Shown: positions 49,713 through 59,670, numbered from the stretch's first letter. The stretch is 64,000 nucleotides of DNA from Armatimonadota bacterium (GCA_037440005.1 JBBIUY010000010.1:1-64000); one strand, 5' to 3'. Program-made: numbers and translations. Notes: a model not told the origin generated them from the sequence alone.

Positions 49713-50590
49713 CCGAGTTCGTGGCCAGCGGCCTGCTGAACGGGGTGGCGGTGGGCAGCATCTACGCCCTCATCGCCCTGGGGTTCGCCCTGCTGTACAA
49801 GTCCACCAAGATCCTCAACCTGGCCCACGGCGAGCTGGTCCTGTTCGGCGGCTACCTGGCCATCGCCCTCACCCAGGTCCTCCCGTTTCCCCTGGCGGTG
49901 GCGGCGACGCTGCTGGCCGCGGCGGCGCTGGGGTTCGCCGTGGAGCGGGCCATCATGCGGCCGCTGTTCGGCCAGCCGCTGCTGTCGGTGGTGATCGTCA
50001 CCCTGGCCCTGGGCTACATCGTGCGCGGGGCGATGGTGGGGATCTGGGGCGGCAGCACCCGGAACTTCCCCCCGGTCCTGCCCGCGGGCGTGGTGCGGGT
50101 GCTGGGGATTCCCCTGCAGACCGTGGGGGTCTACAGCGCCGCCACCGCCGCGGTGCTGCTGGCGGCGTTCGGGCTGTTCTTCCGGTACACCCTGGCGGGC
50201 ATCTCCATGCGGGCGGCGGCCAACGAGCAACTGACCGCCAGCACCCTGGGCGTGAGCCTGCGGCGGGTCTTCGCCTACGCCTGGGCGTTCGCCGCCCTCT
50301 CCGCCGCCGTGGGGGGCGTGCTGCTGGGGCTGTGGCTGGGGGTGAACTTCGCCCTGGCCCACGTGGGCCTCAAAGCCCTGGCGGCGGTCATCCTGGGCGG
50401 GCTGGACAGCATCCCGGGAGCCATCGTGGGCGGGCTGGCCATCGGGGTCCTGGAGACGGTGGTGGGCGGCTACATCGACGCCCACGTGATCTATGGCTTT
50501 AAGGACATCACGCCCTTCGTGGTCATCCTGCTGGTGCTGCTGGTGCGGCCCTACGGGCTGTTCGGGACGGAGCACATTGAGCGGCTCTAG
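49709..50590 (+). CDS. Liv-type ABC permease (LivH-like)
   Basis: GSIYALIALGF..NLAHG, ILGGLDSIPGA, RPYGLFG. Confidence 0.92.
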   Translation: MTEFVASGLLNGVAVGSIYALIALGFALLYKSTKILNLAHGELVLFGGYLAIALTQVLPFPLAVAATLLAAAALGFAVERAIMRPLFGQPLLSVVIVTLALGYIVRGAMVGIWGGSTRNFPPVLPAGVVRVLGIPLQTVGVYSAATAAVLLAAFGLFFRYTLAGISMRAAANEQLTASTLGVSLRRVFAYAWAFAALSAAVGGVLLGLWLGVNFALAHVGLKALAAVILGGLDSIPGAIVGGLAIGVLETVVGGYIDAHVIYGFKDITPFVVILLVLLVRPYGLFGTEHIERL

Positions 50591-50731
50591 TTTGGACCGA
50601 CGGGACCGGGCACATGCGGGGGCGCGTGACCACCTCCCGCCGGTCGCGGTCCGCCGCCCGCGGCCGCGCGGGCCGCGGTGTGCGGCCGCGATCCCGCGTT
50701 CCCGCGATGCCGCACTGCCGGAGGCGTCCCG

Positions 50732-51769
50732 ATGACCGTCCGCCCGGCCGGCGACTTCGTGACCACCTACGCCCAGGACATGGCCATCCTGGACCGCCGG
50801 GGCTACCGGGTGGGGATGGCCCTGCTGGTGGCCGCCCTGGCCCTGGCGCCGGCGTGGCTGGGGCGGTTCATCTTCCTGCTGAACACCATCGGCATCTTCG
50901 CCATCGGCGCCTGCGGGCTGACGCTGCTGACCGGGATCACCGGCCAGATCTCCCTAGGCCACGCGGCGTTCATGGCCCTGGGCGCCTACGGGTCGGCGGC
51001 CCTGGCCCGGGCCGGGCTGCCGGTGCCCCTGGCGATGGCGGGGGCCACCCTCCTCACGTTTCTGGGCGGGGTGGTGGTCGGGATGCCGTCGCTGCGCATC
51101 AAGGGCCTGTACCTGGCCATCGCCACCCTGGCGTTCCAGTTCCTGACCGAGTACGCCCTCATCCACGCCACCGGCGGGGTGGGCGCGCTGTCGGTGCCGC
51201 CGGTGGGCCTGGGACGGTGGGCGGTCCGGACCGAAGTGCAGTTCTACTACCTGCTGCTGGCCGTCTGGCTGGCGGCCGGCACGGCGCTGGCCAACCTGAC
51301 CCGCAGCCGGGTGGGGCTGATCCTGATGGCGATCCGTGACCGGGACTACGCCGCCCAGGTCCTGGGCATCCCCCTGCTGCGCTACAAGGCGCTGGCTTTC
51401 GGCCTGGCCGCCGCCTACGCGGGGCTGGCCGGCAGTCTGTGGGCCCACTACCAGCGCCTCATCACCACCGAGCAGTTCACCGTCGGCGCGTCCATCGACT
51501 ACGTGGCCATGGTGGTCATCGGCGGGCTGACCAGCGTCTGGGGGCCGCATCTGGGCGCGGCGTTCGTGGTGGCCCTGTCCCAGGGGTTGAAGATCGTCAC
51601 CCCGGCCCTGACGGCGGTGGTCCCCGCCTTCGCCCAGGTCGTCATCCCCCTGCGGGAGGTGCTGTTCGGGACGGTGCTCATCGCCCTGCTGATCTGGGAG
51701 CCCGGGGGGCTGGCGATGCTGCTGCGCAAGCTCAAGCGCAAGGTGGACCTGTGGCCCTTCGCCTACTGA
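50732..51769 (+). CDS. Liv-type ABC permease (LivM-like)
   Basis: TGQISLGHAAF, LRIKGLYLAIATLA; ATG 50732 with GGAGG SD. Confidence 0.92.
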   Translation: MTVRPAGDFVTTYAQDMAILDRRGYRVGMALLVAALALAPAWLGRFIFLLNTIGIFAIGACGLTLLTGITGQISLGHAAFMALGAYGSAALARAGLPVPLAMAGATLLTFLGGVVVGMPSLRIKGLYLAIATLAFQFLTEYALIHATGGVGALSVPPVGLGRWAVRTEVQFYYLLLAVWLAAGTALANLTRSRVGLILMAIRDRDYAAQVLGIPLLRYKALAFGLAAAYAGLAGSLWAHYQRLITTEQFTVGASIDYVAMVVIGGLTSVWGPHLGAAFVVALSQGLKIVTPALTAVVPAFAQVVIPLREVLFGTVLIALLIWEPGGLAMLLRKLKRKVDLWPFAY

Positions 51770-51790
51770 GCGCCCAGCCTCGGGCGGGCC

Positions 51791-52582
51791 TCAGGCCAGC
51801 CAGCGCCGGGCCCGCTTGTAGCTCTTCACCTCGCTGAACAGCCTTCGCCGGTCGCCCCGCACCCCCAGGTAGAACTCCTCCACGTCGGCGTCCTCCCGCA
51901 GCTTGTGGGTGGGGCCGTCCAGGACGATGCGGCCGGTCTCCATCACGTAGCCGTAGGAGGCCAGCTCCAAGGCCATGCGGGCGTTCTGCTCCACCAGGAG
52001 CATGGTCACGCCCTCCTCGGCGTTGAGCCTGCGGATGAGGTCGAAGATCTCCCGGGCCACCCGGGGGGCCAGCCCCAGGCTGGGCTCGTCCAGCAGCAGG
52101 AGCCGGGGGCGGGCCATCAGGGCGCAGCCGATGGCCAGCATCTGCTGCTCGCCCCCCGACAGGTAGCCGGCCCGGGTCTGGCGCCGCTCGGCCAGGCGGG
52201 GAAAGTACGTGTACACCATCTCCAGCCGGTCCCGGGCGGCGCGCCAGCCCCCGCGCAGGGCGGCGCCCACCAGCAGGTTCTCCTCCGCCGTCAGCTCCTC
52301 GAACAGCCGCCGTCCCTCGCGCACCATCACGATGCCCGCCCGGGCCGTGTCCTCGGGGAGCCGGTTCTCGATGCGCCGGCCCAGGAACTCGATGCTGCCC
52401 CGGGTCACCTCCCCCCGCTCCAGCCGGACCAGCCCCGTGATGGCCTTCAGCGTGGTGGTCTTGCCGGCGCCGTTGGCGCCGATGAGCGCCGTGATCTGGC
52501 CCGCGGGCACCGTCAGGGACACCCCTTTGAGCACCAGGATGGTCCCCCAGTACACCACCTCGATGTTGGTGACGGTGAGCAT
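51791..52582 (-). CDS. Liv-type ABC ATP-binding protein (LivF-like)
   Basis: GANGAGKTT, LSGGEQQMLA, LDEPSLGLAP, VEQNA. Confidence 0.93.
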   Translation of the reverse strand: MLTVTNIEVVYWGTILVLKGVSLTVPAGQITALIGANGAGKTTTLKAITGLVRLERGEVTRGSIEFLGRRIENRLPEDTARAGIVMVREGRRLFEELTAEENLLVGAALRGGWRAARDRLEMVYTYFPRLAERRQTRAGYLSGGEQQMLAIGCALMARPRLLLLDEPSLGLAPRVAREIFDLIRRLNAEEGVTMLLVEQNARMALELASYGYVMETGRIVLDGPTHKLREDADVEEFYLGVRGDRRRLFSEVKSYKRARRWLA

Positions 52583-52716
52583 GGGGCTCAGTCGCTGTCA
52601 GCTCTCATGCGCAGGACCGGCTCCGCCGGGTCCGAGCATCGCCCGGGGTGCGGCGAGCACCGGAGGGGAGGGGGCGGTTTCGGAGGGGGAGGGACCCGCC
52701 CTCCCCCTCCGAGGAC

Positions 52717-52772
52717 AGCACCAGGATGGTCCCCCAATACACGACTTCGATGTTGGTGACGGTGAGCATGGG
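52717..52772 (-). repeat. 56-bp duplicate of the livF-like 5' end (copy of 52530-52585), followed in transcript direction by a 14-bp hairpin (52680-52712)
   Basis: 53/56 identical; encodes MLTVTNIEVVYWGTILVL again. Confidence 0.9.
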
Positions 52773-52879
52773 CGAGGCAGGGTCGCGCGGTCGCGGCCTC
52801 GCGCGGTCGGGAGATCGCGGGAGCGCGTCCCGCCTGGGGCGGTCGTCCGCGCTCTCCCGCGACCCCCGCCGCGTTCTCC

Positions 52880-54160
52880 TCAAAAGCCCAGCCAGTCCTT
52901 GCGCCGGTCCACCGTCACCGTCGTGAGGACGGTGATCCGCCCGTTGCGCACCGTCACGATGCGGGTGGTGGTGGACGGACGGTGGTCGTCCCGGGTCAGG
53001 GTGACGGGCGGGGCCAGTCCGTCGGGATCCCAGTTCTTGAGGGTCTCCAGGGCCGAGCGCACCGACGGGCCGCTGAAGCCGCCCAGCCGCGAGTAGGTGT
53101 CCCAGTTGTCCACGATGATCTCCAGCCCCTTCTTCAGCAGAAAGACGTTCAGCCATCCCCGCACGTAGGAGGCGATGAACGGCGTCTCGGTGGTCCCCCA
53201 GGTGAAGGCGGGCTGGCGGTTGTGGAAGCGCCGCAGGACGTCGAACATCTTGGCCATTCCCGGCGCCGGCTCGCCGTAGTAGACGTGGGGCGTGCTGGCC
53301 AGAACCCCCTCGGCGTCCCGGCCGATGAGTTTGATCATGTTCTCGTCAAAGCCCCACACGTTGACGAAGAAGCGGGTGGTCAGACCCGCCGCCCGGGCGT
53401 CCCGGACGATCACCGACGCCGAGTTGGTGGTCCCGCCGATCCAGGCGAAGTGGGCCCCGAACGCCTTCACCGCCGCCACCTGGGAGCGGGCCTCCAGGGC
53501 CGTGAGGGCCACGATCTGGTCGGGCCCCACCTCAAAGCCCAGCTCCTGGGCGTAGGCCTTGCCGGCGGGGATGGGGGCCCGGCCGTAGGGGTGGTCCGGA
53601 TACAGGAAGACGATCCGGGGCCGCGCGATGCGCTCCTGGTCGGCCAGGCTCCGGGCGTACTTGAGGACCGCCCGCAGCTGGTCCGAGTAGCTGCTCACCG
53701 GGTAGAAGTTGTAGGGCGTCTTGGAGGGGTCGTTGAGGTGCGAGGAGTAGCTGGCGGAGATGAACGGGATCTGGTCGGCGGCCACCTGGTCCTTCAGGGC
53801 CTCGGTGTCGCCCGTGCCCCACCCGATGATGGCGTTCACCCGGTCCACGTCCCGGTACTTGCGGTACAGGGCCAGGGCGTCGGGGATCCGGTACCCGTAG
53901 TCCGACCACACCAGGTCGATCTTCACCTTGCCCCGGATCCCGCCTTCCACCTCGTTGATGTACCGGACGTGGTCCAGGGCGCCCCTGGAGTAGTCCACGC
54001 CCACGTCGGAGGTGGGCCCGGTGGTGTCGAAGAGCGCGCCGACCTTGATGGACCCCGGCACGGCGGGCTGGGCCAGGGCCGCCAGCCCCCCGGCCGTCAG
54101 GACCGCCAGCGCCGCCCCCAGGAGCCGGACGGCCGTGCGGACGGGCGCGTGCGTGCGCAT
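52880..54160 (-). CDS. Liv-type ABC substrate-binding protein
   Basis: Signal peptide, IKVGALFDTTGPTS, IGWGTGDT, PYNF. Confidence 0.9.
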   Translation of the reverse strand: MRTHAPVRTAVRLLGAALAVLTAGGLAALAQPAVPGSIKVGALFDTTGPTSDVGVDYSRGALDHVRYINEVEGGIRGKVKIDLVWSDYGYRIPDALALYRKYRDVDRVNAIIGWGTGDTEALKDQVAADQIPFISASYSSHLNDPSKTPYNFYPVSSYSDQLRAVLKYARSLADQERIARPRIVFLYPDHPYGRAPIPAGKAYAQELGFEVGPDQIVALTALEARSQVAAVKAFGAHFAWIGGTTNSASVIVRDARAAGLTTRFFVNVWGFDENMIKLIGRDAEGVLASTPHVYYGEPAPGMAKMFDVLRRFHNRQPAFTWGTTETPFIASYVRGWLNVFLLKKGLEIIVDNWDTYSRLGGFSGPSVRSALETLKNWDPDGLAPPVTLTRDDHRPSTTTRIVTVRNGRITVLTTVTVDRRKDWLGF

Positions 54161-54256
54161 CCTTCTCCCTCCCCTCGCCTGCGCGGTCGATGTGATGGGG
54201 AAGTTCGGGGCGGCGGGCCGATCCCTCCTCCCGGCGCGGGGGAGGGACGGCGGGCG

Positions 54257-55915
54257 TCAGGGTCCCACCTTGCGCACCGTCACCGACCGCACCACCAGGT
54301 CTTCGCGGCGGTTGCCGGCCGCGTTGAGCGCGAAGTCAAACCCCCAGGTGTTGGCGAACGCCGCGTCCGGCAGGCGGACCGTGTGGATCACCCACCCCGG
54401 GGAGGCGTCCACCCACTGCCAGGGGGTGAACCGGTAGCCGCTCATGGAGTCGTACAGGACGTTGAAGCCCACGGTCTGGGGCGCCGGAGCGCCCCGCACC
54501 TCCACGGCGATCTCCACCGCGGCGCGCCCGTCCACGAAGTACAGGAAGGAGTCGTCCACGTCGAACCGCACGTACACCCGCTCCGCCGCCGTCTCGGTGC
54601 CCAGGGCGTCCACCCCGTCCACCGACACCGCCCGCACGGCTTCGCCCCGCCAGGTGCGGTAGGCCATGTTGTACAGGCCCCGCTCCTGGTTCACGCGGCC
54701 CAGCACCGCGCTGACCTCGGGGGAGGCGCTATAGTCCGGTCCCCCGGGCGGCAGGGGGACGTCCCGGGAGCGCATCCGCCGGGCCTCGGCCACCTCCTCC
54801 GGACCGATCCCCACCAGCAGAACCGGTTCGGGTCCCACCTCCACGGTCGTCCGCCCGGCGGCCGAGCGCACCGGGCGCTCGTCGCCCGCCGGCCCCACCG
54901 CCCGCACCGCCTCCCCTTCCACGGTCACCGCCGCGGGCGTCCCGCTCCAGGCCACGGCCACCGCGGGGTCGCCCCCGAACACCAGGAGCAGGACGGGGCC
55001 CCGGACCACAAAGCCTTCGTACGGCCGCCGCCCCAGGTGGCGGGCCGCCGTCGCCAGGACCATCTGGGTCACCGCCGTGGGCTCGGCCGCCCACTGCACT
55101 TCCTCCACTCCCGCCGCGGCCGCCACCGCCACCAGCATCACCAGCTGGCCGGGCCAGGTGGAGCGGGGGCCCGCACTCAGCGGGTCCCACTCCAGCCACA
55201 GGGGGCGGCCCCCGGGGGGGAGGATCCTCTCCCGGATCGTCGCCAGGGGGCGCAGCAAACCGTCCGGGCGGATGCCGCGGGGCTGCAGCGACACCACGTC
55301 GAACTCGCCGGACGCCTCCTGGACCATCCCCCGCAGGTCCGGCAGGTCCAGGCCGTAGGGCGTGGCCAGGACCACGCGGGCGAAGGAGTCGGCATCCCGC
55401 AGGGCGACCCGGGCCGCCCGGAGCAGGTGCAGGTACTGGCGCGTGGTGCCCCGGAACACCGGCAGGCTGCGGGCGGTCCAGATCTGCCAGTCGCGCACCC
55501 GGCCGCGGTAGCGGGTCGCGGCGGCTCTCACAAACCTCTCCCAGCGGTCCACAGGCGGGGGCTGGCGGCTGGCGACGGCGGGGTCCGTGCGGTCTGCGGC
55601 CGGCGCCGCCCACCCGGGGGTGTAGGCCAGGACCAGCACGACCCGCAACCCCGCGGCCCGGGCCGCGTCCACGGCGCGATCCAGCAGATCCCACAGGGGC
55701 TCCCCGGGCTGCGGCTCGATCTGAGACCAGTCGGCGACCAGCTTGACCGACTCGGCTCCCCCGCGCCGCAGGGCGGCGAAGTCCGCTCCCTCGGCCGCCA
55801 CGAACCCGACCCGCACCGGCAGCGCCGATCCCACGGCGGCCGGGCGGGCGGGAGCGGCCAGCGCCGCCACGCAGGCGGCGGCGACCCACAGGCGCGCCAG
55901 ACCCCGGGCTCTCAT
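54257..55915 (-). CDS. Exported GH-A clan-like (GH5/GH39/GH42-like) TIM barrel with C-terminal CBM-like domain; catalytic motif degenerate
   Basis: WSQIEPQPG..WDLLDRAV..YTPGWA..RYRGRVRDWQIW; lacks the NEP motif. Confidence 0.65.
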   Translation of the reverse strand: MRARGLARLWVAAACVAALAAPARPAAVGSALPVRVGFVAAEGADFAALRRGGAESVKLVADWSQIEPQPGEPLWDLLDRAVDAARAAGLRVVLVLAYTPGWAAPAADRTDPAVASRQPPPVDRWERFVRAAATRYRGRVRDWQIWTARSLPVFRGTTRQYLHLLRAARVALRDADSFARVVLATPYGLDLPDLRGMVQEASGEFDVVSLQPRGIRPDGLLRPLATIRERILPPGGRPLWLEWDPLSAGPRSTWPGQLVMLVAVAAAAGVEEVQWAAEPTAVTQMVLATAARHLGRRPYEGFVVRGPVLLLVFGGDPAVAVAWSGTPAAVTVEGEAVRAVGPAGDERPVRSAAGRTTVEVGPEPVLLVGIGPEEVAEARRMRSRDVPLPPGGPDYSASPEVSAVLGRVNQERGLYNMAYRTWRGEAVRAVSVDGVDALGTETAAERVYVRFDVDDSFLYFVDGRAAVEIAVEVRGAPAPQTVGFNVLYDSMSGYRFTPWQWVDASPGWVIHTVRLPDAAFANTWGFDFALNAAGNRREDLVVRSVTVRKVGP

Positions 55916-56061
55916 CCGACGGTGTCCACCGGTCTGTCTCTGTCATGCCCGGGCCACCGCCCGGGACAGGCCGGTCCGGCGCGGGAGGACCGCCCGCGGA
56001 CAGATGGAATACTCCGCAACGTTGTGCGAGACAGTTGGCCGCCGGAGGAGGTGACTCCTGC

Positions 56062-56541
56062 ATGTGGGACCGGCCCCGGGCCATCTCCATCGTCGCCGGC
56101 AGCGGCGAGGGGACGACGGAACTGACCGCCTTCGACCGGGCCCTGATGGCCGCCGGCATCGCCAATTTGAACTTCCTGCGGGTCACCAGCATCCTGCCGG
56201 CGGGGGTGACGGTCATCCCGGTGCCCCGCTGCACGCCGGGCACCCTCACCCCGGCGGTGTACGCCCGCCGGACCAGCCACACGCCCGGCGAGCGCATCGC
56301 CGCCGCCGTCGGCCTGGGGTTCTCCCGGGACAGCTACGGGGTGATCATGGAGTTCCAGCACAGCGGCACCGCCGACAACGCCGAGGCCATCGTGCGGCGG
56401 ATGGTGGAAGAAGCCATGGCCGTGCGGGATCTGGCGGTGGACCAGATCCGGGTGGTCTCCGCGGAGCACGTGGTGCAGCGCATCGGATGTGTCGTCGCCG
56501 CGGTGGTGTTCTGGCCGTCGGTGAACGGCCCGGACCTGTAA
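56062..56541 (+). CDS. Pyruvoyl-dependent arginine decarboxylase
   Basis: GEGTTELTAFDRALMAAGIANLNFLRVT|SILP self-cleavage site; GGAGGAGG SD. Confidence 0.9.
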   Translation: MWDRPRAISIVAGSGEGTTELTAFDRALMAAGIANLNFLRVTSILPAGVTVIPVPRCTPGTLTPAVYARRTSHTPGERIAAAVGLGFSRDSYGVIMEFQHSGTADNAEAIVRRMVEEAMAVRDLAVDQIRVVSAEHVVQRIGCVVAAVVFWPSVNGPDL

Positions 56542-56557
56542 GACGGAGACGCGCGCC

Positions 56558-57391
56558 ATGGAGTGGCTGGTGGACCTGGTCGGTCCCGGCGTGGCCCAGG
56601 CCACCCAGGTGACCGACGTCCTGTTCGACGGGCGGTCGGCGTACCAGCGGATCCAGATCGTCTGTAGCCCTCTGTTCGGCCGCATGCTGGTCCTGGACGA
56701 CGCGGTGCAGACCACCGAGCGGGACGAGCACGCCTACCACGAGATGCTGGTCCACCTGCCCCTGGTGACCCACCCCTCCCCGCGCCGGGTCCTCATCATC
56801 GGCGGCGGGGACGGGGGCACCCTGGAAGAGGTGCTCAAGCACCCGGTGGAGCACGTCACCATGGTGGAGATCGACGGCGCGGTGGTGGACGCCTGCCGGC
56901 GCTTTTTGCCCTCGGTCGGGGGGGACGCCTTCACCGACCCGCGGGCGGAACTGGTCATCGACGACGGGGTGGCCTACGTGGCCCGCGCCGGCCGGACGTT
57001 CGACGTGATCCTGGTGGACTCCCCGGACCCCAAGGGGCCGGGCCTGGCGCTGTTTTCCCCGCAGTTTTACAGCGCCTGCGCCCGCCTCCTGACCTCCCAG
57101 GGGCTGCTGGTGGCCCAGAGCGGGTCCCTGCTGTACCAGCCCGACCTGGCCGCGCTGGTCCGCCGGCACCTGCAGCCGGCCTTTCCCCTGGTGGGCACCT
57201 ACTGGGCGCCGGTGCCGTCGTACCCGGGAGTGCTGTGGACGTTCACGTACGGCAGCAAGCAGCCCGACCCCCGCGCCGTCCCGCCCGAGGTCATCGCCGG
57301 CCGCCTTGCGGGGGTGCCCACGCGCCTGTACTCCCCCGCCGCCCACGCCGCCGCCCTGGCGCTGCCGGCGGCGGACCTGCCCGGGCCGTGA
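56558..57391 (+). CDS. speE: Polyamine aminopropyltransferase
   Basis: LVLDDAVQTTERDE..YHEMLVH, IIGGGDGG, ILVDSPDP. Confidence 0.94.
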   Translation: MEWLVDLVGPGVAQATQVTDVLFDGRSAYQRIQIVCSPLFGRMLVLDDAVQTTERDEHAYHEMLVHLPLVTHPSPRRVLIIGGGDGGTLEEVLKHPVEHVTMVEIDGAVVDACRRFLPSVGGDAFTDPRAELVIDDGVAYVARAGRTFDVILVDSPDPKGPGLALFSPQFYSACARLLTSQGLLVAQSGSLLYQPDLAALVRRHLQPAFPLVGTYWAPVPSYPGVLWTFTYGSKQPDPRAVPPEVIAGRLAGVPTRLYSPAAHAAALALPAADLPGP

Positions 57392-58224
57392 CCTTCCTCG
57401 CCTCCCGGCCGCACCCCCGTCCCGACGCCGTCATCGTGGGCGTGCCCTACGACGCCACGGCGTCGTTCCGGTCCGGCGCCCGGGCCGGGCCGGCGGCGGT
57501 GCGGTGGGCGTCCCAGAGCATCGAGACTTACAGCCCCGTCCTGGAGGCCGACCTGGAGCAGATCGCCGTCACCGACGCGGGCGATCTCGACGTGGACGGG
57601 CTGGAGCCGGACCGGATGGTGGAGGCGGTGGCCGACCACGTGGGGTCGGTGGGTCCCGGCGTCCTTCCGGTGGTGCTGGGCGGGGAGCACACCCTCACCC
57701 TCGGCGCCGTCTTGGCCCTGGCCCGGCGGCATCCCGACCTGGTGGTGGTGCAGGTGGATGCCCACACCGACCTGCGGGATACCTACGACGGGAAGCGGAT
57801 CGGCCACGCCACGGTGATGCGGCGGGTCGTGGAGGTCGTCGGGCCGGGAGCGCTGGTGCAGCTGGGGGTGCGGGCGGGAAGCCGGGAGGAGTGGGTTCTG
57901 GCCCGCACCCTGGCCCACAGCGGCCCCACGCTGGACGTGCCGCCGGACCTGTGGGCGGAGCTGGCGCGCCGTCCCGTGTACGTGTCGGTGGACATCGACG
58001 CCGTGGACCCCGCCGACGCCCCCGGCACCGGCAACCCCGAGCCGGAAGGCGTGGCAGCCCGCGACCTGCTGCGATTCGTCCGCAGGCTCGGGGGGCTGTC
58101 GGTGGTGGGGCTGGACGTGGTGGAGGTGTCCCCGGGCTACGACCCGTCCGGCCGCACGGCGGTGCTGGCGGCCACCGTGATCCGGGAGGCGCTGCTGGCC
58201 CTGCGCCGGCCGGACCGCCGCTGA
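57388..58224 (+). CDS. speB: Agmatinase / ureohydrolase
   Basis: GGEHT, DAHTD, SVDIDAVDP, GLDVVEV; GTG 57388 coupled to the speE stop. Confidence 0.93.
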   Translation: MTFLASRPHPRPDAVIVGVPYDATASFRSGARAGPAAVRWASQSIETYSPVLEADLEQIAVTDAGDLDVDGLEPDRMVEAVADHVGSVGPGVLPVVLGGEHTLTLGAVLALARRHPDLVVVQVDAHTDLRDTYDGKRIGHATVMRRVVEVVGPGALVQLGVRAGSREEWVLARTLAHSGPTLDVPPDLWAELARRPVYVSVDIDAVDPADAPGTGNPEPEGVAARDLLRFVRRLGGLSVVGLDVVEVSPGYDPSGRTAVLAATVIREALLALRRPDRR

Positions 58225-58232
58225 CCCGCGGC

Positions 58233-59210
58233 CTAGCGGCCCCAGACCTGCCGGAACACCCGCAGGGCGTTACTGCCCAGGATCTTGCGGACGGCGTCCG
58301 GGGCGTGGCCGCGGGCCAGCAGCATGGCGGTCAGAGCGGGCAGGCGGGTGACGTCCTCCAGGTCCCGCACCGTGTCGGCGAACCCGTCGAAGTCCGAGCC
58401 CAGCGCCACGTGGTCGGGGCCCATGACCCGCACCAGGTAGTCCACCTGGTCCGCAATCCGGGCCAGGGTGGGGCCGCCGGCGAAGGCCGGGTAGAAGTTC
58501 ACCCCCACCACGCCGCCGCGCCGGGCGATGGCCCGCAGCTGGTCGTCGGTCAGGTTGCGCGGGTGGGGAACGAGCCCCGCCGCGTTGGAGTGGGTGGCCA
58601 CCACCGGCCCCCGGGTGGCGTCCAGGACGTCCCAGAAACTGCGCTCGGACAGGTGGGAGACGTCCACCACCATCCCCACCGCCTGCATGCGCTCCACCAC
58701 CCGGCGGCCCAGGGGCGTCAGGCCGCCGTGGCGGGACTCCAGGGCGCCGTCGGCCAGCCCGTTGCTGGCGTTCCAGGTCAGGCTCATCATCCGCACGCCC
58801 CGGCGGAACAGCGCGTCCACCCGGTCGGGGTCTCCGCCCAGCGCCGAGGCGTTCTCCACCGCCAGGACCAGCGCCAGCCGTCCCGAGGCCACCAGGTGCT
58901 CGATCTGCTCCACCGAGGTGGCCACCCCCACCAGGTCGGGGTGCGCGGCGGCCAGGCGCTGGGCGGTGTCCAGCAGGGCCGTCACGACCTCGTAGCCGCG
59001 GTCGGCGTCGCGGGGGTGGACAAACAGGGCGCAGACCTGCACGTCCACCCCTCCCTCCCGCAGCCGCGGGAAGTCCGAGTGGCCGACCGACGTCCGCCGG
59101 GTGATGTCCCGCCGGCCGCTGTGGGCCTCCAGCAGGAGGTCGTTGTGCAGGTCCACCACCACCGCCTCGCGGTGCAGGACCAGGGGGTCGGGCGCGGACC
59201 GGGCGCTCAT
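58233..59210 (-). CDS. Membrane dipeptidase (M19)
   Basis: DLHND, VENA, SLTWN, DVSHLS, ATHSN, LGSDFDG. Confidence 0.93.
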   Translation of the reverse strand: MSARSAPDPLVLHREAVVVDLHNDLLLEAHSGRRDITRRTSVGHSDFPRLREGGVDVQVCALFVHPRDADRGYEVVTALLDTAQRLAAAHPDLVGVATSVEQIEHLVASGRLALVLAVENASALGGDPDRVDALFRRGVRMMSLTWNASNGLADGALESRHGGLTPLGRRVVERMQAVGMVVDVSHLSERSFWDVLDATRGPVVATHSNAAGLVPHPRNLTDDQLRAIARRGGVVGVNFYPAFAGGPTLARIADQVDYLVRVMGPDHVALGSDFDGFADTVRDLEDVTRLPALTAMLLARGHAPDAVRKILGSNALRVFRQVWGR

Positions 59211-59233
59211 GGACAGGCCCAGCAGGCCGGCGG

Positions 59234-59530
59234 CTAGGAGGACGGCCCGGTCTCGCAGGCGCACGGCGCCCGGCGGCACTTGGGGCAGCGGTCCGCGTAG
59301 CGGGCCGCGGCCTGCTCGATGTCCACGCCGCACAGCGACGCCACGCTGGTGGTCCAGGCCAGCACGTCGGCGACCTCCTCCGCCAACGAGGCGGGGTCGC
59401 CGTCCCGCAGGGCCCGGGCCAGCTCGCCCACCTCCTCCACCAGCCAGCGGAAGGTGCCGTCGGCGCCGCGGCGGCGGTCCCGCTCGCCGTAGATGTGCTC
59501 GATCCGACGCTGAAACTCCCGCAGCTGCAC
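59234..59530 (-). CDS. MazG-like nucleotide pyrophosphohydrolase
   Basis: WLVEEVGELA..EEVADVLAW; C-terminal CPKC..CAC. Confidence 0.88.
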   Translation of the reverse strand: MQLREFQRRIEHIYGERDRRRGADGTFRWLVEEVGELARALRDGDPASLAEEVADVLAWTTSVASLCGVDIEQAAARYADRCPKCRRAPCACETGPSS

Positions 59531-59670
59531 GCCTCACCTCCTCCGCCCGCCGGTCCTCGCCCAGAATTTCGCGGCGCCGGCGCGCCGGCCCTGGCGGACG
59601 CATCCCCGCGCCTGCCCGCGGCGGGGCTGTCGTGCTATAGTGGGTGCGGTCGCGGGGGCGGGGCGCGCGG

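Noticed and set aside
52530..52772. DGR template/variable repeat pair
   Set aside because: Differences are synonymous and not adenine-restricted, lie at a gene 5' end, and no RT is present.
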